DNA of 64,000 nucleotides from Pseudomonadales bacterium (lineage in GTDB: Bacteria > Pseudomonadota > Gammaproteobacteria > Pseudomonadales > Azotimanducaceae). The stretch is from assembly GCA_040219135.1 (NCBI GenBank), contig JAVJTA010000021.1, positions 75,628 through 139,627 on the forward strand. The letters run 5' to 3'. The notes under the pieces are model-generated. The model was not told the DNA's origin and searched no databases. It saw only the letters and a list, made by a program, of their open reading frames with translations. Below, one piece after another: positions 60,738 to 64,000 of the stretch. The translations under genes and the position numbers were made by a program. Positions within the stretch are counted from its first letter, which is position 1, and each line of letters opens with the position of its first letter.

Positions 60738-63700
60738 ATGTCCACAACGCAACGGTTCGCCGTCAGCGAAGGTCGCGTCCTGCGCACGGCGGCCGCACTC
60801 TGCGCCGCGCTGCTCACATGGCACGCGCATGCCGAGGTCATCCCGACCGGGGGCGTCGACGCCGTCGACGTCGCCTCCGGTGACTCGAGTCCCCTCGAGC
60901 CCTCCAGCGGCGACCTGATTCTGGATCCGGGAACTGCCATCACCATCCTCAACGGCCAGCTGCTGGTCAACAACGGCTCGGCGCTGTCCGTTGGCGCCAA
61001 CCAGATCATCGACTCCGGCCTCATCACCGTCACCGGGCCCCAGACGCGCATCGACTTGACCGGCAACTTCAACCGGCTGGACCTGCAGGGGCCGGCGAGC
61101 GTGATCCAGATCCTCAATGGCGCCGTCATAGACGCCACGGGAGGCATCTGTGACCCCGCGACCTGCAACCTGTTCCTTGGCAACTTCCCCGGCGCGGACG
61201 CAACGGTGCTCGTGGATGGCATCGGCTCGCAGCTGAATACCATCAACTCGCTCGTGATCGCCGGCGCCAACACCGATTTCGGCCAGAGCGGCGCCGATTC
61301 CGTTGCCGTCTTCGACCTCAGCAATGGCGGCATCGTCAACGCGGAATCGACGGTTATCTCTCCTGGACTTACCGGCAGCAACATCCAGCCCGGCCAGCTC
61401 ACCGACGCGACCGTGAACATCTCCGGCCCTGGATCCACCTGGAACACCGGGAGCTTCGATGTCTCCGGCGCCTTCGGTGCGAGCAGCGCGGCCTCGGTCA
61501 ACGTAACCAACGGCGCTGTCATCAACGCAGCTACCTTCGCCGTGAGCAACAACAGCTCCTCGGTCGGCGACGTCCTCGTCGATGGAATCGACAGCGTCGT
61601 CAGCGTCGCCGGCAACTTCTTTGTCGGCGCCTTCGGCGACGGCTCCTTGACCGTCAGCAACGGCGCCCTGGTTCAAGCCGGCGACTTCGCCGCGGGTCGT
61701 TTCGCCGGCAGTGACGGCCTGGTGATCGTAGACGGCATCGGCACCAACCTGGCGGCCAGCAACGTCTTCCTCGGCGTGGAAGGGGCGGCAAGCGCCACCA
61801 TCAGCGGCGGTGCTGCGCTGGCCGCAGACGGCGTGCTCATCCTCGGCTCGACCACCGTGGATGAGCAGAACGCCCGCACCGGAGACGTCGAGCTGACCCT
61901 TGACGGCGCCGGTTCATCCGGGTCCGTAGCGGGCCCGGTGACGGTCGGCTTCATCGGCGGCCAGCAGGTTGGCACCAGCACGGTGCTGCAGATCTTGAAC
62001 GGCGCCACGTTCACCACCAGCGGCGCCGTGGGGGTAGACACGAACGCCGGTGATCAGGCGCTGCTGACCGTCGCGGGCGCCGGCAGCTCGCTCGCGACGG
62101 CGGACTCGCTGTTCGTCGGCTCGAGCGGCGCCGGCGCCTTCCGCGTGGACTCGCAGGGCGCGGTGAGCATTGCCGGCAGCCTCATCGTGGGCGGCTCCGA
62201 GACCGGGGTGGGCGCAGGTTTCATTGGTACCGGAGCAGGCCTCGACGTGGTCGGTTCGACTATCGTCGGCTTCAGCGGCGGTGACGGCACACTGATAGTC
62301 GACGGAGGTGCGGCTAGCGCGGACTCCTTGCTCATCGGCTTCTCGCCGAATCCCGTCCCCGGGGGGCTCGGCACGATCTCGATCCTGAACGGCGGCGTCG
62401 TCGATGGCGGCAGCCTGATCTCCATAGGTTCCGGCGGGAGCGCCTCCGCGACGGTCACCATCGACGGCAACGGCTCGCTGCTGGCGGCCGACGGGTACTT
62501 CGTGGGCAGCAACGTGGGCGGGGTGGAGGACGCCGGGGCGTCGGGTACGATCAGCGTCGCCAACGGAGGGCGCCTCGACGTCAGAACGAACGATCTGATC
62601 ATCGGCTTCGGCGCCGGAACCGGCATCGCCAGCGTCGAATCCGGGGGCGCGATCACCGCGGCCGGGAGTATCGGCATCGGCTTTGACAACGACGCCAACC
62701 CGAATACCGGCGAGTTCCTGAGCGGCGAGCTACGCCTCGGCGACAATGCCCAGGTCTCCGCCCTCGCCACGCTCGTGGGTGGTTTCGGCCAGGTCTCCGG
62801 CACGGGCACGATCGCCGGAGACCTGGTCAATCAGGGCGGACTGGTAAACCCCGGCGCGATCAATCAGCGCGGCACCCTGGTCGTGACCGGCAACTACTTC
62901 CAGGAAGCCGGCGCGCTTCAGTTCACGGCGTCCGGCACCAATCCGGGCGAGTTCGACCAGCTCTTCGTCAGCGGCGACATCGATCTGCAGGGCGGGCAGG
63001 TCGACATCCTGTTTGACGGCGGATTCCAACCGCAGGGCGCCCAGCAGCTGCCGCTGCTGGTGGCACAGGGCGATGTCACGGTCGATCCCGCCGTCGCCTT
63101 CAACGTCGGCTCCGGCAATCCGGCCTTCGAGCTCGCCTTCGTCGACGCCACAGTCACCGACCCGCTGAGTGGCCTGCCGGTGCTGGCGCGCGTCGGCAGC
63201 TTCAATTTCCTGGACATCGATGTGGCCCCGACTCTGGGGCTGTCCCCCAATCAGACCGCCCTGGCGACCACCTTCGATCGAACCTGCACGCTCACGGCGG
63301 CGGCCGGCAACCTCACGGCGGACGAGCAGGACCTGCTCGAGGTCTGCGCCGAGGTCCGCAATGCCGGCAACACTCCGGACCAGATCAGTCTGGCCCTCAC
63401 GGCGCTCGGCACCGACGAGACCACGCAGATGGTGAATGCCCTGCTGCTCTTCACCATTCCGCAGCACGGCAACCTGTCCCAGCGGGTCAACGGGATCCGT
63501 TCGGGTTCCAACCCTTTCGACTTCACCGGACTAGACTTGCACTATGAAGGACACCGCATCGCCGCCGAGGACCTCGAGCGCGTTGCCCGAAAGCTCATCG
63601 GCGGCATGGCCGGGTCCGACGATTTCGCAAGGTGGGGCATGTTCGGCAACGGCAACTTCTACTTCGGCGATCAGGATGCCACCGAGAACGGCGGTGGCTT

Positions 63701-64000
63701 CGACTACGAGACGATGACCATGACCATCGGTCTCGACTACCGGGCCCGCGATGATATGGTCTTCGGAGGCTCCGCCAGCTACAGCGCCGTCAACGCCGAC
63801 TTCAACGACGGCGGCGGCCTGGATCTCAAATCCTGGGCGGTTTCCGCCTTCGGCAGCTATTTCTCCGAAGACAAGTACTACCTCGACCTGATCGGTAGCT
63901 ACGGTCGCAACGACCTGGAGACGGCACGCCACATCGTCTATCAGACCGCACTGGGTGATCAGAACCGCCGCGCCCGGGCGGACACGAAGGGGAATCAGTA
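60738..64000 (+). CDS. Autotransporter (type Va secretion) protein, N-terminal 1087 codons; continues past window end
   Basis: Not in the ORF track because no stop lies in the window. I read no stop in this frame from ATG 60738 to 64000. Signal MSTTQRFAVSEGRVLRTAAALCAALLTWHAHA. Gly/Asn/Val-rich passenger repeats (G-S-L-T-V-S-N-G-A type). The beta-barrel domain begins near 63.6 kb (WGMFGNGNFYFGDQD...MTIGLDYRA...AVSAFGSYF). Confidence 0.9.
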   Translation, partial: MSTTQRFAVSEGRVLRTAAALCAALLTWHAHAEVIPTGGVDAVDVASGDSSPLEPSSGDLILDPGTAITILNGQLLVNNGSALSVGANQIIDSGLITVTGPQTRIDLTGNFNRLDLQGPASVIQILNGAVIDATGGICDPATCNLFLGNFPGADATVLVDGIGSQLNTINSLVIAGANTDFGQSGADSVAVFDLSNGGIVNAESTVISPGLTGSNIQPGQLTDATVNISGPGSTWNTGSFDVSGAFGASSAASVNVTNGAVINAATFAVSNNSSSVGDVLVDGIDSVVSVAGNFFVGAFGDGSLTVSNGALVQAGDFAAGRFAGSDGLVIVDGIGTNLAASNVFLGVEGAASATISGGAALAADGVLILGSTTVDEQNARTGDVELTLDGAGSSGSVAGPVTVGFIGGQQVGTSTVLQILNGATFTTSGAVGVDTNAGDQALLTVAGAGSSLATADSLFVGSSGAGAFRVDSQGAVSIAGSLIVGGSETGVGAGFIGTGAGLDVVGSTIVGFSGGDGTLIVDGGAASADSLLIGFSPNPVPGGLGTISILNGGVVDGGSLISIGSGGSASATVTIDGNGSLLAADGYFVGSNVGGVEDAGASGTISVANGGRLDVRTNDLIIGFGAGTGIASVESGGAITAAGSIGIGFDNDANPNTGEFLSGELRLGDNAQVSALATLVGGFGQVSGTGTIAGDLVNQGGLVNPGAINQRGTLVVTGNYFQEAGALQFTASGTNPGEFDQLFVSGDIDLQGGQVDILFDGGFQPQGAQQLPLLVAQGDVTVDPAVAFNVGSGNPAFELAFVDATVTDPLSGLPVLARVGSFNFLDIDVAPTLGLSPNQTALATTFDRTCTLTAAAGNLTADEQDLLEVCAEVRNAGNTPDQISLALTALGTDETTQMVNALLLFTIPQHGNLSQRVNGIRSGSNPFDFTGLDLHYEGHRIAAEDLERVARKLIGGMAGSDDFARWGMFGNGNFYFGDQDATENGGGFDYETMTMTIGLDYRARDDMVFGGSASYSAVNADFNDGGGLDLKSWAVSAFGSYFSEDKYYLDLIGSYGRNDLETARHIVYQTALGDQNRRARADTKGNQ

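Noticed and set aside
1-64000. Search by eye for mobile elements, integrases, prophage genes, rRNA/tRNA and CRISPR arrays
   Set aside because: None were recognised. No transposase- or integrase-like translations appear in the track, and I noticed no long inverted terminal repeats. This cannot be excluded without a computational repeat or tRNA scan.

Overview
GC-rich bacterial chromosomal segment, proteobacterial in style: Sec, Tat and lipoprotein signals, hflKC, and a type Va autotransporter. It is densely coding. I saw no rRNA, tRNA, CRISPR array, transposase or integrase. About 65 genes are supportable. Content falls into five blocks. (1) 0.6-8.3 kb: divergent small-molecule cluster (MFS, methyltransferases, crotonase, SDR, lipoprotein dipeptidase) containing a GrdB-family gene with an in-frame TGA followed by a SECIS-like hairpin. 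(2) 8.7-19 kb: hflKC plus an envelope/stress-type island (CsbD, lmo0937-like, glycine-zipper lipoprotein, PRC-barrel/EF-hand protein, PAS, two Crp/Fnr paralogues, DUF3185, dodecin, DUF4398/OmpA-like, MscS). (3) 19-40 kb: mixed oxidoreductases and regulators (AraC, BVMO, MaoC, TetR plus carotenoid oxygenase, GH172/DUF2961, a 723-aa orphan membrane protein, macro domain, Hanks kinase-TPR, amidase). (4) 40.7-42.9 kb: a three-gene secreted module. (5) 46.5-59 kb: a roughly 11-gene same-strand catabolic supercluster (FAD monooxygenase, SDRs, FAH, GST, P450, Tat-lipoprotein carotenoid oxygenase, CxxCH beta-propeller protein, PhyH) with a divergent TetR. The window ends inside a large autotransporter that the ORF track misses, and begins inside a secreted-protein gene that it also misses. 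Three genes show apparent frame disruptions (14.87, 17.1-17.4 and 30.77 kb); these are either real decay or indel errors. Many long track ORFs are GC-driven shadow frames. All functional calls come from motif and family recognition by eye, not from database searches.
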